NCBI RefSeq assembly: GCF_006345805.1
Contig: NC_043005.1
Coordinates: 74,648,001 to 74,712,000 of the forward strand
DNA from: Octopus sinensis
Taxonomy: Eukaryota
DNA: 64,000 nt
Reading direction: 5' to 3'
Position numbers and translations under genes: made by a program. Of this stretch, positions 14,581-28,673 are shown one piece after another. The notes beneath the pieces are model-generated. The model searched no databases, had not been told where the DNA came from, and saw nothing but the letters and a program-made list of their open reading frames with translations. Within the stretch, counting starts at the first letter, position 1. Each line of letters begins with the position of its first letter.

Positions 14581-14980
14581 ACCTGTGCCTGTATACTGAT
14601 GTTTTGTTTCTTTTCCTCATTTGAAATATGGAATTCAAATATCTCATACTTTGAAAGACAAACTATTCAAATCAGTGGCACTAATCACATATTGACGATT
14701 TAATAAAATTAATTTCATCACAAATTACAGGATATAATAATTGATACGTTCTAAGATTGATCCATTGACTGATTTATTTCTATTTTATTGTTTTTTCTCA
14801 ATACATTCTAAATAATGGAAGGAGATGCGTAACAAATTAATATATAGCATTGCAGATCTGGATAGTTATCCACATTAAACTCCCATTGCGACATGACCCA
14901 GTAAAGAAACATGCATACAGTATATAATTTATATTCACTGGCCTTGGTGTGGATTTGGTCATCATATGTATGTATATGCG

Positions 14981-15013
<33 letters not shown>

Positions 15014-15399
15014 TTAACATTTGTTTTTATAAGTGTCAAAATGTGTATTGAAGAATACAAATTAGACAATATTTTTTTCGAATGTAGAATTGCTATTAGA
15101 ACATTAAAAATATTGAGTAAATTACCTTTACAAAGTGGAAAAAATCTGTCAATAACCAGCCGCCCGGTCAGTCAACAGATTTTTTGAAAAAATATCATTT
15201 AATTTATAATAAAGACATCAGTTAGGGTTTGTGTTTGGTTAACTAGATCTTGGTGTGAGCTAGTATGTTGAGACATTATTACTATAAATGTTTGGGTTTA
15301 TAGCAATTTCTCATTTGCTATCAATTCATAATAGTAACTAACATGCATCAAAAATGGTTAAAGTTGTATGAAGGTAACAGATTTTTATTCTTTACTCAC

Positions 15400-15511
15400 G
15401 AGGAAAGACAGTAAATTCTTCACATGATTGGCCAATCTGAACACGAGGGGCCACCTGTTGCCCATTGCATGTTGTATGAATCCAGGTAATTTCATCTAGC
15501 TCAGCTTCTGA
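15400..15511 (-). CDS. Host gene coding exon (SEAELDEITWIHTTCNGQQVAPRVQIGQSCEEFTVFP)
   Basis: Acceptor TCAATCTATTTTCCAG, donor CTC|GTGAGT, 112 nt, phase 0 to 1. Closes the phase chain. Confidence 0.8.
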
Positions 15512-15714
15512 CTGGAAAATAGATTGAAACAGGAAAAAATTATTGCACACAGCAGTTCTAGTAATTCTGTCTTAATAAATATTAAAGCATTCACAACTTA
15601 ATACTTTTGTTACCAAATTTTTGTCTAAATGCACTGCATTTGTTTGGAGACTGTGCTTGAGGAGACTTATTGAGTCAAGTACATCAACATCAAAATAAAT
15701 ATCAAACGGAAATT

Positions 15715-16012
15715 GTAGTTGTGATACATGTAAAAAGCACCATCCGAACGTGGCCATTGCCAGCCTCTGTACCGGTGGCACGTAAAAAGCACCAACCGAT
15801 CATGGCCGCTGCCAGCCTCCCCTGGCCCCTGTGCCGGTGGCACGTAAAAAGCATTCACTACACTCACAGAGTGGTTGGCATTAGGAAGGGCATCCAGCTG
15901 TAGAAACACTGCCATATCAGACTGGAACCTGGTGCAGCCTCCTGGTTTCCCAGACCCCGGTCGAACCGTCCAACCCGTGCTAGCACAGAAAACAGACGTT
16001 AAATGATGATGT
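15715..16012 (+). mobile_element. RTE-tail non-autonomous repeat with internal AAAAGCACC subrepeats
   Basis: GGTTGGCATTAGGAAGGGCATCCAGCTGTAGAA...ACGTTAAATGATGAT end, typical of RTE 3' ends. Sister copies at 12760-12955, 13060-13245, 17755-18078 and 21705-21985 (+), and 25300-25620 and 26385-26550 (-). Confidence 0.65.
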
Positions 16013-17754
16013 ATTCAAGTAAAATAACTTTGTCATTAATAAGTCAGGATTTGAAACATAAACCAAGATAAAATTTTGACAGAAGCTTTTAATTTAAATC
16101 ACTTTTTTAAAACAGAAAGTGAATATCATAGACCTAAGGAGTCTTGGGTGGTGTGGTTTCGAAAGGGTTAAAGAATTTTCATTTAAGAGAGATCTAAGAA
16201 GATAAGATCAACAATCAGAGAATTGAGATTTCAACACTTATTACCTCAACTGCAATGAAGTTAAATTCTTATGCTATCTCGAGTATTCATCTCAGAAATT
16301 CTATCACACTAAGACTAAACAATTACCATAGGAATACTCTCAATCAGAGTTGCCCTAAAGCAACAAGCAATCATTCATTTGCTGTGTGTTGTTCTCTATA
16401 CTGTTTATTCTATTATGCTAGTAAAGACTGGATTGCTATCGAATTGACAAACATTACTGGGAATAATTCTTTCACAGTTCCATGAAGTACTTTCGTAAAT
16501 TTTACTTCAAAGTGAAATGAGAAGGCAAAAATTTAGCAAAATCATTTTTATTCTCTTTTATATTTTGTTTCAGTCAGGTTGGACCATACTGGAGAATCAT
16601 CTTGGAGAATTTTTTTCTTAATCAAATGAATCAACACCAATACATCTTTTTTTGTTTTCAAGACTAATACTTATTTTATCAGCCTCTTTTGATAAACTGC
16701 TAAGTTATGGGGATGTAAGCAAACCAACACAAGGAGACACATGCACACACACACACATATATATATATATACACACATATACATACATACAACAAGCTTC
16801 TTTCAGTTTCTGTCCACCAAATCCACCAACAAGATCTTGGTTGACCCAAGGCTATAGTAGAAGGCATGTACCCAAGATGCCACAGAGTGGGATTGACCCC
16901 AGAACCATGTGGTTGGGAACTACACAACCTGATTATTTAATTTTTGTGCTTGGTTTGCTAGATTCTTGGTGTGAGCTAGTATGTTGAGACATATTTTGCT
17001 GTATCTTGGTAGGGTCATTATGCCAATAACACACACACACACACACTGATTGTATTTCACTGCTTCATTATTTGTTTGTCAATTGGTTAACTATTTAACC
17101 AAGTAACAAAACGACTTGTAGTAGTAAGATCATATATTGCTGAAATTGTCAATGGTATGAAAAGGACTTTGACAAAGATTGATGGAATAGTCATCCAAAT
17201 GACAAATAAATCATGAAGAAGTGAAATAGAACCAATGTGTGTTTAGTATTGGCATAATGGCTCACCCAAGGTACAACAAAATATCTAATATTCATCAACA
17301 TCTTACATAATTTTTACATCCACTTTTCCATTCTTGCATGGGTTGAATGGAATTTGAGGCAGATTTTCTATAGTTGGATGCCTTTCTTGTTGCCAAGCAA
17401 AGTAATATTTTCTCCATGGCCAGACACGTTTTCAACAAAATATTGGAAATGAATTTCGTTCATTTACAACAAGCACGATGCCAAGACAAGGACACACACA
17501 CACACTGGGCTTCTTTCAGTTTCTATCTACCAAATCCACTCATAAGGCTTTGGTTGGCTTGGGGATAGAATAGAAGACATTTACTCATGATGCCATGCAG
17601 TGGGGCTGAATCCAAAAGCATGAAACTGGGAAGCAAATTTCTTAACCACACAGGCAACACTTGTGCCGCAGATCATCTAAAATATTTGTAGAGATCTGCT
17701 TGCGAAGACCTGTTGAGGCAAGTGAAATCGAAATCTAAAAAAAAAAAAATCAAT

Positions 17755-18078
17755 GGAAATTGTAGTTGTGATACCAGTGCCGGTGGCACATAAAAGCACC
17801 ATCCGAACGTGGCCGTTGCCAGCACCGCCTCGATTGGCCTCTGTGCTAGTGGCATGTAAAAAGCACCAACCGATCGTGGTCGTTGCCAGCCTCACCTGGC
17901 ACGTAAAAAGCACTCACTATACTCATGGAGTGGTTGGCGTTAGGAAGGGCATCCAGCTGTAGAAACACTGCCAGATCAGGCTGGGCCTGGTGCAGCCTCC
18001 TGGCTTCCCAGACCCCAGTCGAACCGTCCAACCCATGCTAGCATGGAAAACGGACGTTAAACGATGATGATGATGACA
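17755..18078 (+). mobile_element. RTE-tail non-autonomous repeat
   Basis: Close copy of 15715-16012, ending in a (GAT)n tail. Confidence 0.65.
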
Positions 18079-18208
18079 TTCAATTCCATTGTGATCAAAT
18101 AAAAAGTTGTTAACTGTTATACATGTACAATTTATAAGTAACCACCCCCTCTCCATTTAACAGATCTGTTATGATTCCACAATAAAGCTACAAAGTTAAA
18201 ATTATTAC

Positions 18209-18292
18209 CAGCTGATCAGGTGGCCGAGAATCACAGCACAATGGTGACAACAGTGGACTACTTCTTGGAGAAGAATGTTCATCGCAGACCGA
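18209..18292 (-). CDS. Host gene coding exon (SVCDEHSSPRSSPLLSPLCCDSRPPDQL)
   Basis: Acceptor TTTTCTCATATTGCAG, donor CTG|GTAATA, 84 nt, phase 0 to 0, open. Confidence 0.75.
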
Positions 18293-18989
18293 CTGCAATA
18301 TGAGAAAAATATATGAGTTACAAAGATACGACAAAACAAAGGTTAAAATAAGACAAATCATTATTCAACACTGATAGATTTTAAGGAAGTGGGGGGTAAA
18401 AAAAGTTGTTAATCAGATATTCATCAATTACAATGGCAATCTGCAACTTACAGAGTTGAACCATGCTATTTGAGGGTAGGTATCCAAATGGACTATGTTT
18501 TTAAGACTATTACATATCTTTGACTGAAACAGAGGGGCCTCTCAAGATAAAATTCAAGTGACAAGTAAGAATTAACACATCAACAAAGTATGAAAATTAA
18601 ATACTTTATATCTATACACATACAGAGGATATGAGGGGTATTTGGAAACAATTATCAGTATATTACTCTCTTTAAAACAATAAGGTTTTTATTTCTTTCA
18701 GATCCCCCATGGTAGATAAAATCCTAAGACAAAAATGGAAAGATTAGCAGTTATCTGTTGTCATATGTGAGAAACGCAATGATTTAGAAATTGACAACTT
18801 TCTAAATGTAAGATCTTTTATACATAAAGTTCAGTTGTGGATTGGATGCCTCTGGCAGGAAGGTTTCAATTGAATAAAAAAAGAATTTTAATGTTTAAAC
18901 ACTATAAGGACACCACAATTCATCCAACAGATTTAAAACATTATCAGATTTCATAAAATCAATAAGGGTCATTGCCAAGTATTTCTGAT

Positions 18990-19625
18990 GTCAAAGTGGA
19001 CTACCGGAACTATGGTGCTCGAGGACATCCCATACAAGTTGTATGTATTGACAAGAGGCTGATACATGTCTGCAAAGACACAGGAAAACCTTTTGATCAA
19101 AGCCAAGTGGTTACTTAAAGTTAAACCAGCATGAACAGCCTACTTTGGGTCATCTCTACAAAGGAAAACTTGAACCAAGAGCAAAAAGAGGAGAAATGAT
19201 GACAGAGGGTTCTGTGCAAATATTTCTGAGGTCCTTATAGCAATGCACACTAAGTTTGCAGCAACTGTGAAGGTTTTGGGAGTGGTGAGGAACGAAGGTC
19301 AGGTCATGCCACATCACAGCTTTCCCCACTACTGGAAACATTCAAGCCCTAGATGAATGATATAAGCAGAGGAAGGCTTATACATTTCAACAAGGCTCAG
19401 TACCTTTTCACAAAGCCTCCACAGCCCAAGATTGGATGTCAGACAATCTTTACAATCAGTCAACACCAAAATTGTAAGCTCCAAACTCGCTAACTTTAAA
19501 TCCTATTGACTACAACTGCCATCATGAAGGTGATGGTCCAAAATGAATGAAGACCATTTAGTGCAAGCTCTGACGGTGTCATCAAAACTGAAGTTAGATC
19601 CGTAGACTAATCTTATAGGAAAGCT
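18990..19625 (+). mobile_element. Tc1/mariner-superfamily transposase relic
   Basis: Broken translation MHTKFAATVKVLGVVRNEG, FQQGSVPFHKASTAQDWM and APNSLTLNPIDY resembles FQQDxAPxH and WPPNSPDLNPLDY motifs. Confidence 0.7.
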
Positions 19626-20141
19626 TGTCAAGAACATGTGCACAAATTACCATTATTAAAATACATTTGATGTTTGCCAGATTAGGGCTGCGTTATCATA
19701 TTACCAAATATATCCTCAAATACTTCTCACACCCTGTACATGTACACACACATATTGTATATACACTTACATATATATATACACACACACACTCATTGGC
19801 GAGCAAATGTCATAACAAAAGATTACACACACATAATTATATACCATCAACATCATCATTTTGCCCCCACTTTCCATGCTGAGATGGGTTGGATGGGTGC
19901 CATGGTTTAAGTCAGTATGTGTAATCAAGTTGATGGACAGCATGACTTTCATTTCTAGCTTGCTTTCTACAGCTATATATTCTTCCTAATGCCAAGCACT
20001 TTTACAGTGTACTGGGAGTATTCCACCTACCAAATTCACATACATGAGATTGGCTAGTCTGGAGATGTAGCAGAATTAAACATGTTCACATTCCCTAAGA
20101 ACAATATGTACCCTAGCTCTGTGCTTTCAAAGCATAGAGAG

Positions 20142-20177
<36 letters not shown>

Positions 20178-20247
20178 TCCCTTACTTGTAAAATAACATT
20201 TACATTATTTAAATTTGACGGATATTTGTCCTTAACATAACATTTCA

Positions 20248-20470
20248 GCATATGGTGTAATGGTTAAGAGCGTGGGCTACTAATCCCAAGATTCCAAGTT
20301 CGATTCCAAGCAGTGACTTGAATAATAATGATAACAACAACAACATCGAAAAATACCTTAGGTATGAGAATCCTGGTTTGAAATTTCCCCAAGACACCTG
20401 ATGAAGGCTGGAGGGCATATCAGCCGAAACGTGTTAACAACAAACAAGATGAGAACAAATATCTGTCAAA
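20248..20470 (+). mobile_element. tRNA-headed SINE
   Basis: GGTGTAATGGTTAAG A-box and AGTTCGATTCC B-box followed by a non-tRNA body. Confidence 0.55.
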
Positions 20471-20717
20471 TGTAAGTAATTCCTCATCTCTTAAATATAG
20501 AAATGAAGTAAGATTTAATTACCAGAAGAGTGTCAGGACATAAGAATACAGTGTCGAGTATGTATTCCCAAGGGGAAAAAAAAACATGTAAAAATGAAAT
20601 GAATGAACAGATCATAGGTCTGCTCAATCAAAGTTGATATAGGGTGTATACAATACCAACAAAGCTTTCACTGGTGATTTAGTAATACATTATGAGTTCA
20701 AACCAAAGCAAACTTAC

Positions 20718-20827
20718 CTTTTTACTACTGATCTTATTTGTACCTTCAAGCTTCCTCAGAAAGTCCTGAAATTCAGCATAAGTATGCTCACTTGATTCAT
20801 ATTTTGGTGATAGCAAATATGAGGAGC
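20718..20827 (-). CDS. Host gene coding exon (SSYLLSPKYESSEHTYAEFQDFLRKLEGTNKISSKK)
   Basis: Acceptor TTGTTTGTTGTAG, donor AAG|GTAAGT, 110 nt, phase 1 to 0, matching the large upstream exon. Confidence 0.8.
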
Positions 20828-21550
20828 CTACAACAAACAATTTTCAATAAATAAATAAGAATATAAAAAAAAAAGGATATATGTGAATGAGTTATTTAAT
20901 TATTCATCAAGATAAAATTTACTTAAAGATTTACAGAAAATTACTATCATGTTATAGTTGATGCCTACATCATATTAAATATTACAGCAAGTTTTTTTTT
21001 CATTTTTTGAAGTCTTATATTTATTTCAGTCAATAGACTGTGGCCTTGAAGAATTTTTAGTTGACAGAATCAACCCAAGTACTTATATTATAAGTCTAGT
21101 GCTTTATTCTCTTTTGCTGAACTACTAAGCTACAGGGATGTAAACACACCAACACTGATTGTCAAGTGGTGGTGGACAGACACAAAGACACACACATATA
21201 ATCATTGTCTTCCTTTAATGTCCATTTTCCATGTTGGCATGGGTGGGATGATTTGACAAGAGCTGGCAAGCCAGAGAGCTGCACCAGATTCCAGTCAGAT
21301 TTGGTTCGGTTTCTACAGCTAGATTCCCTTCCTAATGGCAACAACTTTACAGTGTGTGCTGGGTGCTTTTATACATGACACTTCATAGACTCTTAAAATT
21401 TACATTACACTTCAATTTTCTGTCCGTTTCAGCAAGAGTTTTAACAATTCCAACATTTTTTTTTATGAGAATTATCCGAGTCAGATGTCATTTTTTAATT
21501 CAACTAAATGAAAGTGGTATCCATTTTCCAAGAGATTTAACATATTTAGT

Positions 21551-22015
21551 TTAACCCTTTAGCATTTAGACTTGTCATATCCAGCCCAAATATTCTTTTT
21601 TATGTTCAAATTGGTCGAATCTGGCTTCTCACACCTACCCTACAATGTCAAGTTTCAAGATAATGCAGGATTAATTCAAAACAATGTGAATTAAAAAAAA
21701 AAAATTGAGTGAGGTCGTTGCCAGTGCCGCTGGACTGGCTCCTGTGCAGGTGGCACATAAAAAGCACCATTTAAGCGTGGCTGCTGCCAGCACCACCAAA
21801 CTGGCCCTTGTGCCGGAGGCATGTAAAATCACTCACTACACTCTCGGAGTGGTTGGCGTTACGAAGGGCATCCAGCTGTAGAAACTCTGCCAGATCAGAT
21901 TGGAGTCTGGTTCGCTAGACCTCAGTCAAATCGTCCAACCCATGTTAGCATGGAAAGCGGACGTTAAACAATGATGATGATGATTGACAGACTAATCTGA
22001 ATGCTAAAGGGTTAA
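21551..22015. mobile_element. piggyBac-type MITE (TTAA-CCCTTTAGCATT family) with nested RTE-tail repeat
   Basis: TTAA|CCCTTTAGCATT ... AATGCTAAAGGG|TTAA. Sister copies at 24936-25165 and 34739-34964. Confidence 0.75.
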
Positions 22016-22487
22016 TTCACCATTATCATCCCTGGTTCGTTAATGCCTATAGCAGTTTTCTCTAAAGATTCAGAGCTGGGGCAGGGAACAATCATCACTG
22101 TTTTAAAGTCCATTTCTCTATGCTTGCATGAGTTTTTATTTTTTTTAAACCTGGTACTTAATCAGTCTCTTTTGCTGAACTTGTAAATTACAGAACGTAA
22201 ACACACCAACACCAATTCATTAAGTGGTAGGACACAGACACAGATGTGCTTCTTTCAGCTTCTGTATACCTGTTATGACCTTTTTCAAATTCACAAAGAT
22301 TTGCTCAGTCCAAGGCTATACTAAAAGACAGTTGCTCAAGGTGCCACACGATCAGACTGAACCTGGAACCATATGACTGAGAAGCAATTTCTTATCACAC
22401 AGCCACACATGTACTTTGTCTTCAATAAAAGTCTTGTTAATGAAATTTGGTAGAAAGGATACTAAGGAAGTTTATCAAAAAGGAATG

Positions 22488-22800
22488 CACATAGCTCAGT
22501 GGTTAGAGTGTCAGGCTCACAATCATGAGGTAGTGAGGTCAATTCGTAGACCAGGCTGTGTGTTGTGTTCTTGAGCAAGACACTTTATTTCATGTTGCTC
22601 CAGTTCACTCAGCTGTAGAAATTGTGCCAAGTTGTATTGGTGTTTGCCTTTCTTTTGAATGACATTGGTGGCATGGAGAGGGGAGGCTGGTATGTAAGAG
22701 CAACTCTTGGTCTTCCATAAACAACCTTGTCCAGATGTGTGCCTTGAAGGGCAACTTTCTAGGTGCAACCCCATGGTCATTCACGACCGAAAGGGGTCTT
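22488..22800 (+). mobile_element. tRNA-headed SINE
   Basis: TAGCTCAGTGGTTAGAG head and TTGAGCAAGACACTT CORE-like segment. Confidence 0.6.
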
Positions 22801-22830
22801 TCAAGTGTATGTGTGTGTGTGCGTGCATGC

Positions 22831-22869
<39 letters not shown>

Positions 22870-22871
<2 letters not shown>

Positions 22872-23205
22872 CTGGCGGTGTAGGCTATAGTCTAGTCACC
22901 CGTATAGTAAACCAGGTGATACATGAAGGAGTCATACCCAATGACTGGTATAGCAGCACCATAGTCAACTGCTACAAAGGTAAAGGTGATGCATCAGATA
23001 CGAATAATTACAGAGGTTATCAAGTTGTTGGCTCAGGTGATGAAAGTCACAGTGAGGGTCATAGCCCAACTAATTAGGGGGAGAGTTAGTTTAGATGAGA
23101 TGCAATTTGGTTTTGTGCCAAGGAGAAGCACCACTGATGCTACATTTCTGGAGAAATGCCTAGCCAACAATAAACCTCTGTACTTGGCTTTCGTTGACAT
23201 GGAGA
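22870..23205 (+). mobile_element. RTE-clade LINE reverse transcriptase fragment
   Basis: IPNDWYSSTIVNCYKGKGDA..NNYRG.KLL...MK and EMQFGFVPRRSTTDA..KPLYLAFVDMEK are RT domain 0-2 motifs, frameshifted. Confidence 0.85.
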
Positions 23206-26200
23206 AATGTAATGATCTAACATTGTGTTGTTTGTCCATTATGCATGATATCTTGGGCAAGTTCCACCCCCCACCCCCAAGCCAACCAAAACTTTTTGAA
23301 TGGATTTGGTAGACAGAGGCTAAAAGAAGCTGTGTGTGGGTGTTGCATCTTGCAAGATAATAAAAAATAGTCCTGATTGGTGATATGCTGTATTGCAGAG
23401 GACCTGACCACATGCAAATACAGTGAGACATGTGAAAATGTGGATAGTAAGAGAGACTGGGAGCTATAGTTCGGTGTGTGCGTTTCTGAGTGAATGTCTG
23501 TGTCCATCCGTCCATTCATATCCTGCCAAGTCTATACTAGCTGCTTCCTCTGCATTCTCTCATCTCTTTCCATCAATTATTTCCCTATTGCCTGATCCAC
23601 TCAATAACATATAGTACAGGATCTAGAAGCATTCAATTCCTTTGTCACTCATCACTAGACCTTCATAAAAACAGGTTATATCAAACTTGTTTGTACTCAA
23701 CTGCCAGCCATTCTACACTGCAAGCCTCTTCCCATCTCTCTCCCTGCTGAGCCATTGCTATTATCATCCATCACTTAATGCTTAGCTTCAGTGTTGGATT
23801 AACCATTAAACAAAGTAAGCACATGCTTGGAGCATCAAGGAAAGCAAGGCACCACAGAAATGGTAAATGGTTTACAGTACAAAAGAAATCACCTTGAACT
23901 TAATAAAATAATATTCAGGATGTTTTATCTCTACTAAGTATAGAAGCAGATGTGTTGCATAAGATTAATTTTGAGGATTTGATCAAAAACTTTGCTTTAA
24001 AAAAAAAAAAACGGAAGAAAAACTTTGCAAATATAAATGAAGTGGAAATATACAAAAATAAACATTATTTTCCATCTTACAGTTAGTTTTGTTTTATTTT
24101 GAGAAATAAAAAAATTATTTTATGGTTTATTATTGGTTATATTTTGAATTACATAAAAATGGGAGCACCAAAATTCTTAAAGTATGTAGGACCTCTATGG
24201 GGCTTAATCCAGCCCTGCTTAGCTTTGTCCACCTCAGCTATAACTCATTTCTCCATTTTCCCTTCACTCCAATCATTCCATTTCTGTCATTATACTCTTG
24301 CCCTCTTCACCTACACCCATTCTGGTTCTTCTGGCACCACTCTCTCCAACTCCACCTTCTCAATCACATCATTGCTTAGAGTGAACCCCTATGCCTTAGA
24401 GCAGTTTATACTCTTTACTCTTACAGTGTACAAAGCAGTGGTACACATTATCAAATCCCTGGCAGAACAGGACTAAAAGGTCCTCTCAAATCTATTCTTT
24501 CTCTCCATTTTTACCAACTATTTTACAAAGTACACTGTATGCATTTTATCATGGCACTAACACTAGAGAAACTGTCATATTCTCAATGTGACAGGACCAA
24601 AGGGAGCTCTTAACCCTTTCGTTACCAACCCGGCTGAAACTGGCTCTGGCTCTGAGTACAAATGTCTTGCTTCCATAAGTTTTGAATTAAAATCTTCTAC
24701 CAAACCTTAGTCAAAATTTATGTTCCTAACACTAGCTTAATGTTATTTTACTAAATTCTTTGTGATATTTAAAGTAATTGAAAGAAACACAAAGCTTCTC
24801 AAAATAAATACAGTAATGAAAGGTCACTTGCCAACCACTTTCCAGAGTTCACCAAGTGTATTCTGACATGTTCTGCCAGGGATTTGACAATGTGTCTAAT
24901 GCTAGTGGCATGATAAAATGCACCCAGTACTCTCTTTAACCCTTTAGCATTCAAGTTACTCTATCAAATGTAATGCTTATTTATTTGAATTGTTTTGAAT
25001 CACTTGTGTATTTATCTGTTGTTTTTGAGATTTTGATGACTGATTGTTTATTTTCAGAATGACATTGTAGGACAGGTATCACAGACCAGATTTAGATAGT
25101 TTAAACAAAAAAAACAGGTAGGATATTTGGGCTGGATAAGGCCAGTTTAAATGCTAAAGGGTTAGGTGGTTAGTGATAGGAAGGGTATTCAACCACAGAA
25201 ATCAGGGCAAAAATGAAATGTACAAACACCTGTAAGAACTGACTAAAACTATGACAACCTGTCCAATGCAAGCCAATATGGAAAGCAAATGTTAAATGAT
25301 GATGATCATCATCATTTAACGTCCACTTTCCATGCTAGCATGGGTTGGACAATTTGACTGAGGACTGGTGAACTAATTTGATCTGGCAGAGCTTCTACAG
25401 CTGAATGCCCTTCCTAATGCCAACCACTCTGAGAATGTAGTGGGTGCTTTTACATGCCACTACCACATGGGCCAGTCATGTGGTACTGGCAACAGCCATG
25501 CTCAAATGGTGCTTTTTACATGCCACCGGCACAGAAGTCAGTTAGCTGCTCTGGCAACAATCACACTCAGATGGTGTTCTTAGCACTCCATTAGCACGGA
25601 TGCCAGTCATCAAATTTGATCATCATCATCACTTTAATGTTCACTTTTCCATGCTTGCATGGGACAGACAATATTTGGTGAGCCAGATTTTCTTCAGATG
25701 GATGCTATTTCTATTACCAGACAGTATATATATTTATACAGACAGGTGTGGGTGGGTGATTAAGAAGTTTTGCATCCAAAACCACACTGTTGCAACTTCA
25801 GTCCAACTGCATGGCACCTTGGGCAAGTGTCTTCTACCAGAACAACCAAAGATTCGTGAGTGATTGTAGTAGACAAACTGAAAAACCATTGTGCATGTGA
25901 GTGTGTTGACATCACATGATAGTTGTAAGAATGTCACTCATACAAACAGTGTTGTTCATTTCCAGTTTGCAAAAACATGTCTGGGTATGCTTAGAAACAA
26001 ACGAGAGTTGGTGACAGAGAGAGCATCAAGCCATAGAGAATCTGCCTCAATAAACTACATGTGACCCATGCAAGCATTGAAAATTGGATGTTAAAATGAT
26101 GATGATGATGATGACACATGAGAGAGAGAGTGGGAGGTAGGAGTTAAATTCCTAACTGAAGTTACTGTCTAGACATTGCTTTAAACACCCTCATACATAA

Positions 26201-27373
26201 CTTATTCACTTCTCAAAACCCATGAATAGTTAATTGACCTCCAAAGTCTTGGACACTGTCAATGCCTTCACCAGGCTGACACAATGTAAAAATCAACCAT
26301 TTGTGTGAAACCAAGAATTTGTCTTATGACAATATGGCGGCTATAATTCTTTAAGTAATATGGTGAGTCATTATGGCTGACATCATCATCATTGTTTAAC
26401 GTTCACTTTCCCTGCTGGCATGGGTTGGACAGTTTGATTTGGAGCCGGTCAGCTGTCCAGACCACAATTGTCTGTCGGGGCAAGGTTTCTATGGCTGGAT
26501 GCCCTTCCTAATGCCAACCACTTTACAGAGTGTACTGGGTGCTTTTTATGTGGTGTTGAAATTAAAATGATAATTATAAAATCAATAACACACTAATTTT
26601 GTTGATTAGTAGAATATATCAGCAAAGTAGCATTTACTGTAATATTGATCAAACAGTAATGAGATGTTAACACAAGCATAATTGTCTATGCACACACCAC
26701 TTCCCAACCATGTGGTTTCAAGATCAAAAGGTCGGTCCAACTGCTTGGCATCTCAGGTGTCTTCTCCCATAGCACCAGAGTGACCAAAGATGTTCATTAT
26801 ATATACATACATGCACATGTATTATGTATGTACATATATATATATATATATATATATAACCGTGTGTGTGTGTGTGTATATATATATGTACACACAGTTA
26901 CAATTAAGTGTGCTTGTGCACATTGTGTGTGTGTGTGTGTGTGTGCAGATCTCTGAAAATTCCTGGGCTACAAGTATCAATTTACTTGTCAATCATCGCC
27001 TAGCTTTGTACTTCTGAAGACGTGAAAGAAAGATAAGTTTTAGTGACTTAAGGCAATCAGCTATAAACCAAAGTTTCATTAATAATGGTTTCAAATTTTG
27101 GCACAAGGCCAGCAATTTCAGGGGAAGTGGGATAGTCAATTACATCAACCCCTGTTCTCAACTGGCACTTATTTAATCAAGCCCAAAAGGATGACAGGCA
27201 AAGTCAACCTCAGCAGAATTTGAACTCAGAATGTAAAAACGGACGAAATGCCCCTAAGTTAACAATTCTGTGTGTTCGCCACCTTAGACCTACTCATTAA
27301 TATATTCATGTACCCATGCTAACATAGAAAAAGTGGATGTAAAAACTAACGAGTAAAAGAAGATTAAACTTAC

Positions 27374-28673
27374 CAGAATGTTCAAAGAGGTTCTCAAGCA
27401 TATTAGCAAGAGGTGAGTGGTCGTATACTGCTATAGAATCCCAATCTTTGGCCTCCTTGGCATCTGCAAACAAATGTCTGACTGTCTCCTTCTTATAACA
27501 AGTATCATCTGCTTGACAGTCAGCCTCTAATGAAGTCTCTAAATTCAAGTATTTGGGTGGGCTTCTATATTTTCTTCCAGAACAGGAAGCCTCAACTATT
27601 GCTGAATCATCTAATATAGGTGAAAAATAAGTCTTAGAATGGTGTGGGTGGGGAAGCGGATACTCCGATCCATCTACATCACTTGAACTGCTCGCGGCCA
27701 CCAAGGGAGAGCAGGTATGCCTATATGATCGAACTGTAATATTTGGACTTAGCGTTTTGTAGGGAGATGGAGACCTGACAGTGATGTTAGGGCTATTCAA
27801 TATCTCTTCATCAGACAACCTAGAACATGGACTGAAAGTTTCTGTGTGAAGTTTAGAAGGGGTTTGTAATGGTGTAACATAGATTGAAGTATCTGACTCT
27901 TCCAAAGTGTCATCTTGTTCACTGTTTGAGTAAACTATACATTCATTGTTCATCTTTGACTTCACAGATTTTTGGTTTGGTTTAGACTTACTCGAAGCAG
28001 TTGAACTTTGGAAGCTATTCTTCAAGTTTTTATTCTGTGTTTTATTTTGTGGAAGCTGTTTGGATTTTTTGGGTGAATTAAATTGAGATTGACAGTAATC
28101 TTTACATGCCATTTTCTGTGATTTTGGAGGTGATGCCTTAGCATTACAAGCATTTTGCTTTCTGTAAGAACCTTTCTTTGGTCTGTTGCAAACATGATTT
28201 GCGTTAGACGATGAATTCTGGATATCTTTACTTGGAGATAAAGGTTTGGCCTTGGCCTTACGTTCCCTGTCAGCTTGAGGAACTTCATTCTTGTGACCGG
28301 TATGAGGTTTTCTTCCATTTAGACTCCTCTGTATGTTCTGAACATCTGCTACAATCACTGATGTTACAGGCTGATTATTGTAAATGTTTTCTTTGTTATG
28401 TATCGGTGTGTTTGTTAATGTGACTGAAAAATTAATGTGTGTCTCATGAAAGTTGCTGTCATCAAGAGATAAGCCGGTGGTATCAAGAAATTGAGCTTCA
28501 TTCAAATCATCTTTTATGCTGGGATCATCATCTATACTATCAATCCGCGCTCTGTTCAGTACATCAATCGAACTAAAACTTGAATCAAAGGAGTTCAGGG
28601 TCATAGAACTTATATCATATGTTAAAGTACTGGCATCAATGCCGCTGTCATATTTTCCAATCACTTCCTCCAT
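27374..28673 (-). CDS. Host gene, large coding exon of an uncharacterised Ser/Thr/Pro/Lys-rich disordered protein (~602 aa in total)
   Basis: 1.4-kb ORF in repeat-free DNA. GCCATGG Kozak at 28673. Donor CTG|GTAAGT at 27374/27373 (phase 1). Upstream acceptors at 28767 or 28734. Confidence 0.8.
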
